Source: Neodothiora populina (lineage: Eukaryota). From it: a stretch of DNA of 64,000 bases. The stretch is from positions 2,728,001 to 2,792,000 of the forward strand of contig NW_027191413.1 in the NCBI RefSeq assembly GCF_041146345.1. Reading direction: 5' to 3'. A model generated the notes under the pieces. The model was not told the DNA's origin. It did no database searches and was given only the letters and a program-made list of their open reading frames with translations. The first letter of the stretch is position 1. Every line of letters starts with the position of its first letter. Positions 39,807-52,099 of the stretch are shown in pieces. Made by a program: the position numbers and the translations under genes.

Positions 39807-40398
39807 TCTTTTTATTCTCGAATATCTTTAGACATGGCCGGGATGGGTACATGCAATATGGGTCGGTGGTTTTTTGAGCAGACGGAGGAGACGAGGAGTC
39901 GGGAGCGAACAGGAAGAAGAAAAGGGAAAATGATGAATTCATGTAAACCATTCAAGACGTGGCAGCAGCATACGCAAAGAAAGTAAAGCGATTAATACTG
40001 GCTGCTCTACTGCCTGATGATGATTGTGACAAGAAAGACTGAGGTAGATTCCCCAGATTCTCCAGATGCGAACCCTCTGCGTCTTCTGATCAATTACTGC
40101 ATCTCTCTGTCCCTCGGACGCTAACATTCCCAAGTCCGGGGAAGATACCTCAGCTTAGCTTAGCTCATACAGTAGAACAAGGGCCACATGGCTTCATACT
40201 GTAGGTACAGCAGCAAGACAACACCAGCCGACAAGCTAACCACTATACAGTAATCCAGCACAACAACCAAAGTTGCTTTCCTTTTTTCTTTTCAGTTTTC
40301 TATTCCGCACTCTGCCTGTTACCGTGGCATCTCTCTTTCCCCCCCCCCCCCCGCCCCCAAGAGTGCAGCAGAAAACAAAGAAAAGAGAAAGAAGAAAG

Positions 40399-41431
40399 AT
40401 GCACTCGTCCCTAGTCCGAGTGCAGAATGTCTTTGGCTTCTTCACGACCGTGGCATTCACGCTCGGCGCTCTGATCGCGCTGAGTGTCGTCGTGTCGCCG
40501 CAGACGCCTCGGGCGGAGCTCAGGCTTAGGAATGTGCAGGTGTATGTTTTTCCTTTTTCGTTCGCTGTCTTCTGGTCTGTGGCCGGGTTGAAGAGGGGTG
40601 GGATGGACCAGGCTAGGCTGGGCCGGGCTGGGCTGTTTGGGAAAGGTGAAGATATATGTAAGAACGGATGCTGATGGGAGATACTGCAGAGTCAAAGGCC
40701 GGCCGCACTACTACAGCGCCAGAAAGGAAGAATACGCACACATCAAGTTCGACCTGGACGCCGGTACGTTTCCCCTCTCTCACCACCAAGTCCCTCTCTC
40801 TCTCTCTTCCCTACTTCCCAAAGCCCGACCCATCTGACAAAAAGCAAAAATAGACCTAACCTCGCTCTTCACCTGGAACACGAAACAAGTCTTCGTGTAC
40901 ATAACGGCGACCTTCGCCTCAGCCAACACCTCGTCGTCTTCTTCGTCCGACTCCTCATCATCAGAAGCCATAATCTGGGACGCGATCCTGCCTCACCCCT
41001 CAGCGCCCGAGCACGCAAACACCTACATCCACCCATCCCCGTCCTCGTCCAGCTCTTCCACCTCTCGGAAATCCAAGCTCAGAGCCGGCTTGAAGTCGTA
41101 CCCCGCCGGTTCCGCCGGCCCGGGGATTCTGAGGCTCAAGAGCCAGAAGCCGAAATACCAGATCACGACGCCGTGGAGCAAGATTGGAGGGCTGAAGGAT
41201 TGCAGGCTGCATTTGAGGTATAATATCCAGCCGTGGGTGGGCGCGTTGACGTGGAGTTCGGAGGAGGATAGGGGGTTGGCGTGGAAGGGGGTGCAGGGGG
41301 GCGAGAGTGGGACGTTTGAGATGCCTGTTGTTGTGAACAAGGTTGGAGGAGGGGAGAAGGGGGCGACGAAGAGTAGGGATGATCTTAGGACCGAGACGGG
41401 CGCTGAGAGGCGGAGGGGTAGTCCTTCCTAG
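40399..41431 (+). CDS. SPC3: Signal peptidase complex subunit 3 (SPC22/23); 2 introns
   Basis: MHSSLVRVQNVFGFFTTVAF (TM), VKGRPHYYS.RKEEYAHIKFDLDADLTSLFTWNTKQVFVY, IIWDAI, KYQIT and YNIQPWVGAL. Confidence 0.93.
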
Positions 41432-41855
41432 GATGAGGGAAAACTGATACTTGGGAATGGAAGTCACGAAATGCGCTTTGTGAGAAAGAGGGGATGCTGA
41501 ACTGGTCTTTGGATTCTACGTGACTCTGCTCTCGTCTTCTAGGCGCAGGTGTCTTTGCATCCAGGCTCCGCTCTCGAGGTATCTCCTCTTGCTCTCATGT
41601 GCCCTCGGGTTTCATCTGCTTCTCCTCCTTCCTTCTCTGGGAGTTTGCTATTTGCTCCTTTTGTGATCAGATTGCTCGTCTCCTGTGCTTCTCTGCATTT
41701 CGGCCAAAGCTGCGCTGTTTGGCTTCTCACTGGCAAGGACGGGATCCCGGACTTGAACTCGACAGATTCTGTGAAAGCACAGAAGAAGCGCGCAGACGTC
41801 GTGGCTTCGTATTACTTGTTACTCATTACTCGACTGCGAAGGAAACCGATCTGCC

Positions 41856-43400
41856 TCAATCCTGCACGTCTCTGTTCTTGGCTGCTGTGGTGAGAGTCAG
41901 TTCAAGTGATTTGGGAGATGAGATAAAGAAGACTAGAAATGAAAGAGTGAAAAAAAGACGTACATGGTGGTAAGGTCTCGACCAAGTGCCGTGATGCGCG
42001 CCACACCTGAAGCAGGTTGTCCTCTGCCACGGAGCACATGACCCATGGGTCGTTCTTGTTCCAACTGAAGTCTGAGACGCGGCTCGTGTGGCCGCCGTGC
42101 ATGAAAAGTCTGGGACAAATGTCAGCAATGGGTTTATAGTGAAGGCAAAGCAAAGAGAACCTCACTCCTCTGGCGGTCCGTCCTCGGCATCCTCGGGCGT
42201 CTGCTCCGCTCCCACACGGCTGACATCCCAGAAAATGACGCGACGGTCATCGGCGCTAGAGGCCAAGATGCTGCTGTCGTGGGGGTGCCATTCGACGCGG
42301 GTGACAACGTCCTCGTGTGCCTCCATGGTGTGGATCTTGCCGTGGCCAGGGAAGCGCATGTCGAAAATACCGACCGACTTGTCAGCGGAACCTGTGGCGA
42401 ACAGAACATCGTGCTTGGGGTGGAAAGCAAGTGCGTTGACGGCATCATCGTGGGCTTTGATTGTTATGGCTGCCTTCGTGTCCGACCTTCCTCGCAGGTC
42501 CATCAAACAGAAGGTGTTGTCGTCGGACACGGATCCGACGAGATTCTTGCCGTGGTGTGGATGCCATTGCACGTCATTCACAGTGGCCTGATGCTGCCTG
42601 AAGACACGAGCGGCGGTCAATGTCGGGTTTTCTGCCTGGTAGTCCTTGATGTCCCTTCATGGTTGTGTCAGCTCGAGTGTCTGGTGAATATCAAGAACTT
42701 CAGGGCGTACCATATCCTGACGGTGGAATCTTCACTACCCGTGGCCATCTGACCTTCAGTATGAGGATTCCAGTCGAGACCAAAGCCCTCCTTCTCGTGA
42801 CCCTTGAGAGTGATCTGGGCGTTGATGGTGTTGTCCCTCGGCAGCGAAGTGTGTTTCGTGCGGTCAAAGACCAATGCATCGCCGTCGATGGTCATGGTGG
42901 CGATGATGTCGGGGTTCTGCGGCATGTAGCGGGCCTTGTTGACCTCTCCCGGGTGGTTGATCTTCTGGATGACCTGGAAGCTGATGGGCTCTTTGGCACT
43001 TCCATGGCCGCCGAGCTCCTCTCTCTCGGCATCATACTCGTTGGGGTTGGCGGCCGGTCGGTTGGGCAAGTTGATCTGGGCGATCTGAAGGTAGTTCTGG
43101 GCTTCGCTGGAGGTGTGGGTTCCAATGATGATGCGGTGCGACGAGAAGTTCTTGTTGGGTAGTTGTTGCACGTCGGGCAGCCATTGTGTTGTCAGAGTGG
43201 GCCACTCGAGAGCGCGGCTGTACATGATGTCGTAGAGGAAGACGGCATTCTTCTTCCATATTTTGTATTCCTCGTTGATGATTTTGTTTTCGGTCGTGGC
43301 ATCGGCCACGGCGTCGCCTTGCAGCGTCATGTCTGGAGGAAAGTCAGTCCAGGTCGAGTCGAGTCGAGAGAGGGTCGACGATCATACCTTGGTCAGCCAT
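41856..43400 (-). CDS. HAT2: Histone-binding WD40 protein (Hat2/Mis16/RbAp46-48 family); 4 introns
   Basis: INEEYKIWKKNAVFLYD...ALEWPTLTTQW, HPGEVNKARYMPQNP, L.GH..EGFGL.W, GAEQTPEDAEDGPPE.LFMHGGHT..SDFSWN and SVAEDNLLQVW. Confidence 0.92.
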
Positions 43401-43867
43401 GTTTGTAGGAGCGTGCAAAGCCGAGAGATGGGTCCTATAGAGTACAGTAGCACGGAGTATGCGAAAGTGGTCTATGAAGCTGCGCGAGCGCGATGCGTAG
43501 ATTTAATGGCACAAGTCCAGACGACGCGCCTTGACGTGTGGGGAAGGAGCAGAACACGACTTCCTCATTGATCACCTGCAGACTGATGGATCATGAATCA
43601 CGTAGAGACAGCTATCACAGCAATGCTGACTCGTGCGAGGCAACAAGCACAGACCGACTCGATTCATCGATGCAGTCATACACTCCTGCCTCTCTGCCTC
43701 TCTCTCTCTCTCTCTTTCTTTCTTCGAGGACTCCGTGTCGAATATCCCGTGCACACCTTTCTCTCCCTTTCTGCCTTTCTTCTCTACACATCGCCGGCCG
43801 AGGCGATCATATCTATACCAACACCCACCGCCCGCGTGGTCGATTATACCTTGAAACACAGGTCATC

Positions 43868-46800
43868 ATGGGTCAGTCCACCTTCCACCTTCCACCTTCC
43901 ACCTTCCACCTTCCACCTTCCACCGTCTACCCTGACGCCACAGCATTCTCCCAAAGCTAACACGAACACGTCCGCATCCAGGTGTCCCCAAGTTCTTCAG
44001 ATGGATGAGCGAGCGCTATCCCGCCATCTCGCAGCTCATCGCCGAGAACCGCATCCCCGAGTTCGATTGTCTCTACCTCGACATGAACGGCATCATCCAC
44101 AACTGCACCCACAGCGATGGCGACTCGGTGACGAAACGCATGACCGAGGACCAGATGTACATCGCCATCTTCAACTACATCGAGCATCTCTTCGGCAAGA
44201 TCAAGCCCAAGAAGCTGTTCTTCATGGCCATCGACGGTGTCGCCCCTCGTGCCAAGATGAACCAGCAGCGTGCCCGACGATTCCGCACCGCCCTCGACGC
44301 TGAAACCGCAAGAGACAAGGCCATCGCCGCAGGCACGGAGATGCCCAAGGAGGATCCCTTCGACAGCAATTGCATCACTCCCGGTACCGAGTTCATGGCT
44401 CGTCTGACCCAGCAGCTCAAGTACTTTGTCGCAAAGAAGATCTCCGAGGACATCGACTGGCAGGGCCCAGAGGTCGTCCTTTCCGGCCACGAAGTCCCAG
44501 GAGAGGGAGAACACAAGATCATGGAATACATCCGCAAAGCAAAGTCGCAACCGGACTATGACGCAAACGTGCGCCACTGTCTATACGGTCTCGATGCCGA
44601 CCTTGTCATGTTGGGTCTGCTGAGTCACGACCCCCATTTCTGTCTCCTGCGAGAAGAGGTCACCTTCGGACGTTCGAATCAGAAGAAGTCCAAGGAGTTG
44701 GAGCATCAGAATTTCTACTTGATGCATTTATGTATGGTTCGCGAGTATCTGGAATTGGAGTTTCAGGAGATCAAAGAGCCTGGTGTTCTTGGCTTTCCCT
44801 TCGACATGGAGCGCGTCATCGACGATTTTATTCTCATGGCTTTCTTTGTCGGCAACGATTTCTTGCCTAATCTGCCTCATCTCCACATCAACGAGGGAGC
44901 TTTGGCTCTCATGTTTGGCGTCTACAAAAAGGTCCTGCCCAAGGCCAAGGGCTACATAAACGAAGGCGGCACCATCAACATGGAAAGGCTGGCCCTGCTT
45001 CTCGACGAGCTTTCTCACGTCGAGTACCGCTTCTTCGAGGCTGAAAATGCCGATGCAAGCTGGTTCAAGGGCAAGCAGATCGGAAAAGAAGATGTCATGG
45101 AGCGCACCAAGAAGAAGGGTGGCCAGGTCATCATGACCACTCCACAAAAGGATATCTACACCCAAGTCAGACAGTATGTGACCAACCGCCCAGCCGAAGC
45201 TGACCAGCAGCCTCTCGTACTGCCTGCTGGCTTGCCTGCTCGCGATCGAAAGTTCGTCGAGGAGCTCGCCGAGAGTCTTCATATGCAGTGGAAGAGTGTC
45301 GTTGACGACGAGGGCGAGAGACATCTGGAGCTATCATTATTCCCACGTGCCGAGCATGACGATTCTGATGACGACCAAGACGAAGAGGCTCACTCGGCGC
45401 TCTTGCGCGTCATCAAGCGCTTCGACAAGGCCCAGATTGTGGATATGTCTGCCGAGGAAGCCCAGAGTAAGATGGAGCAGAAATACGAGGAAAAGTTCAA
45501 TGCTTGGAAGAATGAGCATTACATGACCAAATTCGAATGGGGCATTGACAACGAAGAAGAGATGAGGAAACTCACCGAAAACTACGTGCAGGGTCTGCAA
45601 TGGGTTCTTTTCTACTATTATCGCGGAGTTGCTTCCTGGGGCTGGTTCTACGGATACCACTATGCGCCAATGATCTCCGACGTCAGGAAGGGACTCAAGG
45701 CCAACATCAACTTCAACCTCGGTCAGCCCTTCCGCCCCTACCAGCAACTGATGGGTGTGCTTCCGGACCGAAGTAAGAAGATCGTACCCACCGTCTATCA
45801 TGACCTCATGACCAACCCGGACTCGCCAATTATTGATTTCTATCCCCGTGATTTCGAATTGGATATGAACGGAAAGAAGATGGAGTGGGAAGCTGTTGTC
45901 AAGATTCCTTTCATTGACGAGAAGCGTCTGTTGGGCGCCATGGCCACCAAGGACAATCTTCTGTCGCCCGATGAGAAGGCTCGAAACGAGTTTGGCGTGA
46001 GCTTGAAATTCACCTACGCACCGGAGATCAGCTACACGTACCCCTCTTCTCTGCCTGGTATCTTCCCTGATTTGCCCAACTGCAAGTGTGTCGAGAACAT
46101 CTTCGAGCTCCCCACCATGGAGGGACTTGACTACCACGTCGGTCTCATCCAGGGCGTCAAGCTTGGTGATGCCGCTCTGGCCGGCTTCCCCAGTCTTCGC
46201 ACTCTGCCACACACCGGTACCCTCGGCTTCCACGGCGTCACCGTCTTCCAGCAAGAGAGTCGCAACGAAAGCATGGTCATCACTATCATGAACTCCGAGC
46301 AGACTTGCGGGATCGAACACGCAAAGGCTAAGCTCGGCAAGGCGGTCCATGTCGGATATCCCTTCTTGCAAGAAGCCAAGGTCGTCAAGGTTTCCGACGA
46401 GCTGTTTGATTACGAGTTGACCGACCCCACGGCCGAGGCCACACCTGCAAACATCGCTGCTCTTCCCCATGGGCCCCAGGAGATTTCGAACTGGAAGAAG
46501 AAGGCTAACCGCATCGAAGGCGTCTACAGCAAGCGTCTCGGTACAATTATTGGAGACGTCGAATCGTTGGTTCACGTCGAGATGCTCGTCGGCCTTAGAA
46601 AGGAAGACGATGGAGCGACTGTGAAGCAGTACTCTTTTGTCGAAGGCCTCGAGACCGACTTTGCCTCGCAAAGTGTCGTGGACCAAGTCACCTCCGAGGA
46701 CCAAAGGTTCCTCGAGAAGGCGGCTGTACCCTTCGAGGAAGAGTTCCCCGTTGGATCCCACGTCTTCTTCCTTGGTGAATTCAACTACGGTAGACCGTCT

Positions 46801-48222
46801 GTCGTACAGGGCCACACGGACAACAAGGCACAGCTGCTTGTATCGACTGTTGAAGCCAAAGAAAACGAGTTTGGTCGCGAAATTGCCACCTTTTCGTCGC
46901 AGCGTGCTCCTTACAAGCCCGCCTTTGCAATCGCTAGAGAGCTCGGCCTTCATCCCCTGGTGTTGTCTAAGCTTACAGCCTCTTTCAGAGTCAACTCTTC
47001 TGGTCTGCAGCTGAACCTGGGTCTGAACTTGAAGTTTGAAGCCAGAAAGATGAAAGTTCTTGGCTACAGCCGCAAGTCTGACCGCGGCTGGGAGTTCAGC
47101 AGCAAGGCACAGGAGCTCATCGCAGCCTATGTGACTGCCTTCCCTGAGTTTATTGCCCGCATCCAGGCCAACCCTTCGGGCGACGTCTTCAACGATACCG
47201 ATTTCTACCCCGCGGATATTGCCAAGCAGAAGATGAAGGAGATCGGTGCCTGGCTGAAGAGCGTCGAGACCAAGTCCTTCGAACGTGTCCCATTGGACGC
47301 CGAGCAGATGGACTCCGAGACGGTCATGGCCATTGAGCGCGCTGCAGATTACTACCTCGCCAACGGCGCTGCCATCTCCAGTAAGAAGATTGGAGGAATT
47401 CCCCGAAATGCTCTTCTCAAACCATCCGACGCCGAGCAACGCATCGGTCATCAGCGCTTTACTCTTGGCGACCGTATAGTGTATGTCGCCGACTCCGGCC
47501 GCGTGCCTATCGCGTCGAGAGGTACTGTTGTTGGTATCACCCGTACCCCAAGAACTGTTCTGCTCGACATTGTCTTCGACAGCACTTTCATGTCGGGAAC
47601 CACTCTCGGCGAGCGATGCAGTCCATTCAGAGGCAGCACTGTACCTGTGACCAGCGTGCTGAACTTGAGCGACAAGCAAGTTATCGCACAGACCCGCGCT
47701 GGTGCCCAACGTGCACCTGCTCATCAGCAGACTCAGTGGACTGTGAGCAACGGCACCAAGAATGGCTACGGCGCCCCCACGGCAGCAGGTGGCCAGGGAC
47801 AGTTGCGTGAAGCACCTATCCCTGCACGTGGTGCTTGGTCAAACGGACGTGGTCGCGGACGCGGTGGAAGCTCTCATGAGATTCCTATACATGGCGGCCC
47901 CCCTTCCAGAGGTGGTGCCGCCAACGGAATCCGCAGCGGTCGTGGCCGTGGAGGCGCTGGCGCCGCACGGGGCGGTGGTTACACCGTTATTGACAAATCT
48001 GATCCTACCGAGGGTGTTGTTCGCAACAACCCCCACTTCCGCCCTCAAAACTACTCCAACGTCCCGCCTCCCGCGAACTTGGACAGCGGTGCTGGAGGCA
48101 GAGGTAGAGGTCGAGGAGGCCGCGGAGGATTCGCCAGAGGTGGTCGCGGCAACGGAGCTGGGGGTGCGCCCAGAGGTGGTGCCAGAGGTAGAGGCGGCGC
48201 CGGTGCTGCCGCCGCCGAGTAA
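43868..48222 (+). CDS. XRN1: 5'-3' exoribonuclease 1; exons 43868-43871, 43982-48222
   Basis: MG|VPKFFRWMSERYP, FDCLYLDMNGIIHNC, AIDGVAPRAKMNQQRARRFR, FDSNCITPGTEFM, PGEGEHKIMEYIR, YGLDADL and FVGNDFLP. The long Xrn1-specific C-terminal half ends in an RGG tail. Confidence 0.97.
43877..43924. repeat. (CCTTCCA)6 heptamer tandem repeat in XRN1 intron 1
   Basis: Six perfect copies at 43881-43922. Confidence 0.95.
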
Positions 48223-48469
48223 TCCTATCATCCCATATTTCATATTTATGATGGAATGTTTTTGTCAAAGTAGAATAGATGACGATGATGGCGGATTGTC
48301 TGAATGTAGTCACGAAGATGCAAGATGGACGACATTTATTCTCGATTTTTTTCCTTTCCATTTTCCTCGCAGCCGTGAAGGGTTCATATCCTCTCAGAAT
48401 ACGTTGATGCCATGCACCACCTTGATCTACTTCACGTCTCCCCTTCTTCTCCAACCCCATACCGATGAA

Positions 48470-48814
48470 TCAAACCTCGATACTCCCCTCGGGCACCCCA
48501 GCAGTACTCCTCAACCGCGACCCAAAGAAGCGCATAACAGGCATCATCTCGTCGCGATTCTGCGGCATCGAATCTCCCTGTCTACGATACTTATTTATCG
48601 TCACAGACTCGAAAACGCGTTTGAGCTGATCGGTCGCCTGGGGCGCCAACCAAGGCGAGTCGATGCCATGGGCGACGAGAACCGGAGTTTTTATCTTGTT
48701 TGCTGGGGGCGTTGTAGATGAGGGTAGGGCGCCGCCTATACTTATTATGCCGCCTAGTTCTGAGGTTGGTGTTGATGCTGGTGGATGTTAGTGTTTCTGA
48801 GACACTGAGAGAGG

Positions 48815-48851
<37 letters not shown>

Positions 48852-49562
48852 CTGAGATGAGAAAGAGGAGGGGCTGACCTGCGATGTCCAACGCCAACAT
48901 GCCTCCCTGACCGAACCCGAATAGGAAGATCTCGCGTGGCTTGTACGCGCATATCTGGATCAGGGTCCTTTGGATTATGGACTGCCGGATCCGGGGGGAT
49001 TGTTTTTTGAAGCCGCCGTCTGGGTCTATCGAGCCTTTTTTTTCTTTAATCAGTATGAGCTGGCGGGAAGTGAGGACTCGAGAAACGGAGGGATGGGAAA
49101 GAGGGTGCGGTTCAGTCGTGCACTTGCTGCCTTCTAGAAACGAAAAGAGAAAGGACCTTACCAATTGTATTGTCAAATATGACATCGTCTCCATAGTGAA
49201 AAGAATCCGGCTCAAAAGGCAGAGGCTCGGGTCCTCGGATAGAGATACATGCTGTTTCGGGCAGGTTCATCTGCGTGCCCAGTTGAGCGAAAGGTTCATG
49301 ACTCCCGCCTAGACCGTGGAAGAACAAGAGGACATTTGTTGGTTTTTGGTTCTTGGGCGCTGGAGACGGAGCGTGTCAATGCCTTGCTCTCATTTGTTAC
49401 GTGCGCATATTCGTTTTTGTTCTGGTTAAGCACCGTATACTCTACATGGGCGAGCAACAACTACGGTTAGGAAAAAAGTACAGCACACTTACGAGGTGTG
49501 ATACTCAGCGTCCATGATGAATCAAAGTCTTCTTTGGTCGGTAAGCGTTTCTCCGTGGCCAT
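48470..49562 (-). CDS. Phospholipase/carboxylesterase (acyl-protein thioesterase-like) alpha/beta hydrolase fold protein; 3 introns
   Basis: Spliced product MATEKRLPT...TNVLLFFHGLGGS..PFAQLG.QMNLPETACISIRGP.PLPF...REIFLFGFGQGGMLAL...ELGGIISIGG.LP...KTPVLVAHG...GDSMP.NRDEM.PVMRFF..RL. Confidence 0.85.
48817..48850. repeat. (GA)n microsatellite in intron 3 of the carboxylesterase-like gene
   Basis: gagagagaga... run read directly. Confidence 0.9.
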
Positions 49563-50662
49563 TCTTCGCCAGCTCGGTTTATTGCCTCTATCACAAAGTC
49601 TAATCGGTATGATGTTCACATTCAGAGTGATGTCGATGGAGAGCGGAGGCGGAATATGTGGCGCAGTTCACCATCCACAGCCGCCCACCGCAGCCTTCTC
49701 GAATCGTGGCTCAGTCCGAGGTGGCTTCGGCGTTTACCTTACCTTACTCAAGACCGGCCGCTTGGCACATCACACAACAGCTGTGGCTGTACAGTGACTA
49801 TCACAGGGCAGATAGATGATTACTCCGAACAATCCTTAAAATAGGTTTCCTTGTGGAGTTTCACCCCCAAGGGTTTGTTTGGATACACGTAATTTCCATG
49901 ACGAATCGCGAAACGCTTCTAGGGCTCACTGATCATTGTACGGTTGCTACGTCGCCCGCCGGCCTTCTTTACCGTATGTTGCTTGGTGCCAGGGAGAGAA
50001 GTCCCTGCACAAGCTGGTGGTCAAGATCGGTCTAGCATACAGTACGCCTCGACATGCCGTGTTGCCGTCTGGCATATGGTTCCTGAGCTGCTCTCGAGAG
50101 ATGCTCGAGATGTAATAGCTTCTCCCACATCGGTCTTCGAGAAACGCCTTTCCTGTGCCAAAAGGCCTACAGGATTTCCCGTTCAGAGTCGGCGTAGAGG
50201 CTCAGTCAGCGGGGGTCCCTTGCCCTAAGGATTGATCATCGAGCGGGGCTCTTTTTCGAGAGTAAAGTGTATCATGTGAAGTCATTCGCCATCTCCAACT
50301 ATCGGTCTCGATCGGTGAATTAGCCGTGCTCGGATAATGATACCCGAGCCAAGAGAATGGTTCTCATCAAGGTGACATGCACAATACATGCTGTAAGACG
50401 CGCCTGCGTAGTGTGTTTGGAGACGGCAAGAACTGCCACACTATTGCATCAGTGGGGCAAGATATATGGGTCCAGCCTCGAGTGTAGTCGTGCTGTCTAA
50501 GCTCAGGTCAGAGATTCTCCAATGGAACTCTGACGAAAGTATATAAGCTGTAGTCTCACTCGTACTTCGCTCATTTTTTTGCAATTGACTATCACATAGT
50601 GACGAGTGTTCCGTACCATTACCTCTTGCTCTATCAACCAACACCATATAATCATCTTCATA

Positions 50663-51306
50663 ATGCCTGGCTGGGGTAAGTCGCGAGCAATGTAATGCTC
50701 CCGGTGCACTTGAAGCTGACAATGTTGCCCAGACGAAAACCACGACGCCTATAACCGCGTCTACAATGGCGAGAAGAACGAGTCCAGTTTCGGTCATGAA
50801 TTGATTGCCGGCGGTGCTTCCTTTGCCGCCTTCAAGGCCTTTGAAGACCACCAACGCAAGGAAGGAAAGCCTGTATCCCACCAATTCGCCAAAGAGCTTC
50901 TTGCAGGCTTTGCTGGCGCCGAGGTAATTGCATCCATGCCAGATCTATCTAGCCAAATATGACTGACTATTTGTAGGTCGATAAGCTCGCTGAGACCAAG
51001 GGTGAAGACTTCTTCGACCGCGAAAAGGCCAAGCACCAGGCTAAGCAGAACGCCGAGCACATGTACGATCAACACTATGGCCAACATAACGAGTACAACC
51101 CTCAGCAGATGGGACCTCCTCCGCGCATCGAGCACCAATTCGGTGGCTATAACCAAGGCCACCACCAGGGTCACAACCAGGGGTACAACCAGGGCCCTGG
51201 TGAGGGATACAACCAAGGCTACAACCAAGGTCCTGGTCAAGGTTACCATCAAGGCCCCAACCAAGGCCCCAACCAGGGCTACAACCAAGGCTACGACCGT
51301 TACTAG
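50663..51306 (+). CDS. cipC: CipC-family (DUF3759) protein with a C-terminal G/Y/N/Q repeat tail; exons 50663-50675, 50733-50923, 50977-51306
   Basis: MPGWDENHDAYNRVY...SFGHELIAGGASFAAFKAFEDHQRKEGKPVSHQFAKELLAGFAGAEVDKLAETKG.D..DREKAK..AK..AE.MYD.HY is the CipC signature. A TATA-like tataag lies at about 50542. Confidence 0.92.
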
Positions 51307-52099
51307 GCCTTAGGCAATATACAGAGATACACTTCGGAACCAGAATAGATGATCGGAGATAGTGTATCAGAACAGGATCAGAAGACGACTTCACGAATAC
51401 AAATCGAATAAATGGAAGCCTGAGAGATCGACGTTTACTCCTGAGCAAAGCGCATCGGTGCACATGTTCTTTCATGAAACAACGTGATGCACAGCACTTT
51501 CATCTTGCATACTCAGACCAGTAATCAGAAGTCCGCATCGAGGACTGCTGAGAGGCAAGTGCGTTGCAGAAGTGTTATAGATATGTCATCCGTGAAATGT
51601 TATATCGGGCACATGATTTTGGATGTTGTGGGGTGCAAGTCCGTAGCAGAGCACGCGCACTCCATGGACGTCAGCGAATGAGAAGAGACTTTGGCACCGC
51701 ATGATCGACCTTCGCGCCCATCACTCTTGCACAGTAAGACAAGCGCGACGGGATGCTCGATCCCCTATTTATATCCAAGATCAGATAAGGCCAAGGTAAA
51801 GTGCCAATGGTCTTTCTTTCTGTCTCCGTATCTCCTCCCCTTGCTGCCCAGCACTTGGTACGAAAGAAAAGGGTCGGACTTGGCGGTGACATAGTGTTTT
51901 CCTATTTTATCAACTACCGTACGGTACCTACTTTCGATCATATCGTTGGTACTACGCCATGAGCCTCTCACAAACTAGCATTATTCCTTCCTGATAGGTC
52001 TCGCGTGTGACTGTCTGCGGTTGTGTGTGTGTTCGACATAGTGTATGACTGTAAGGCGAATAAGAAAAGATCAGAGGAGATAAAACTACTCGAACCGCC

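Noticed and set aside
41539..41855. Short ORFs between SPC3 and HAT2
   Set aside because: No ATG start, motifs or codon bias. They are best explained as convergent 3' UTRs.
45337..47724. 795-aa antisense ORF inside XRN1
   Set aside because: It is the codon-aligned mirror of a strongly biased gene with no protein motifs. The same applies to the antisense ORFs over PDI, PUS4, NAP and HAT2.
49446..49492. Possible 32-nt intron plus 15-nt in-frame micro-exon inside intron 1 of the carboxylesterase-like gene
   Set aside because: 32 nt is below the usual fungal minimum intron size and the second donor (GTAGAG) is weak. A single intron of about 133 nt gives a sensible protein.
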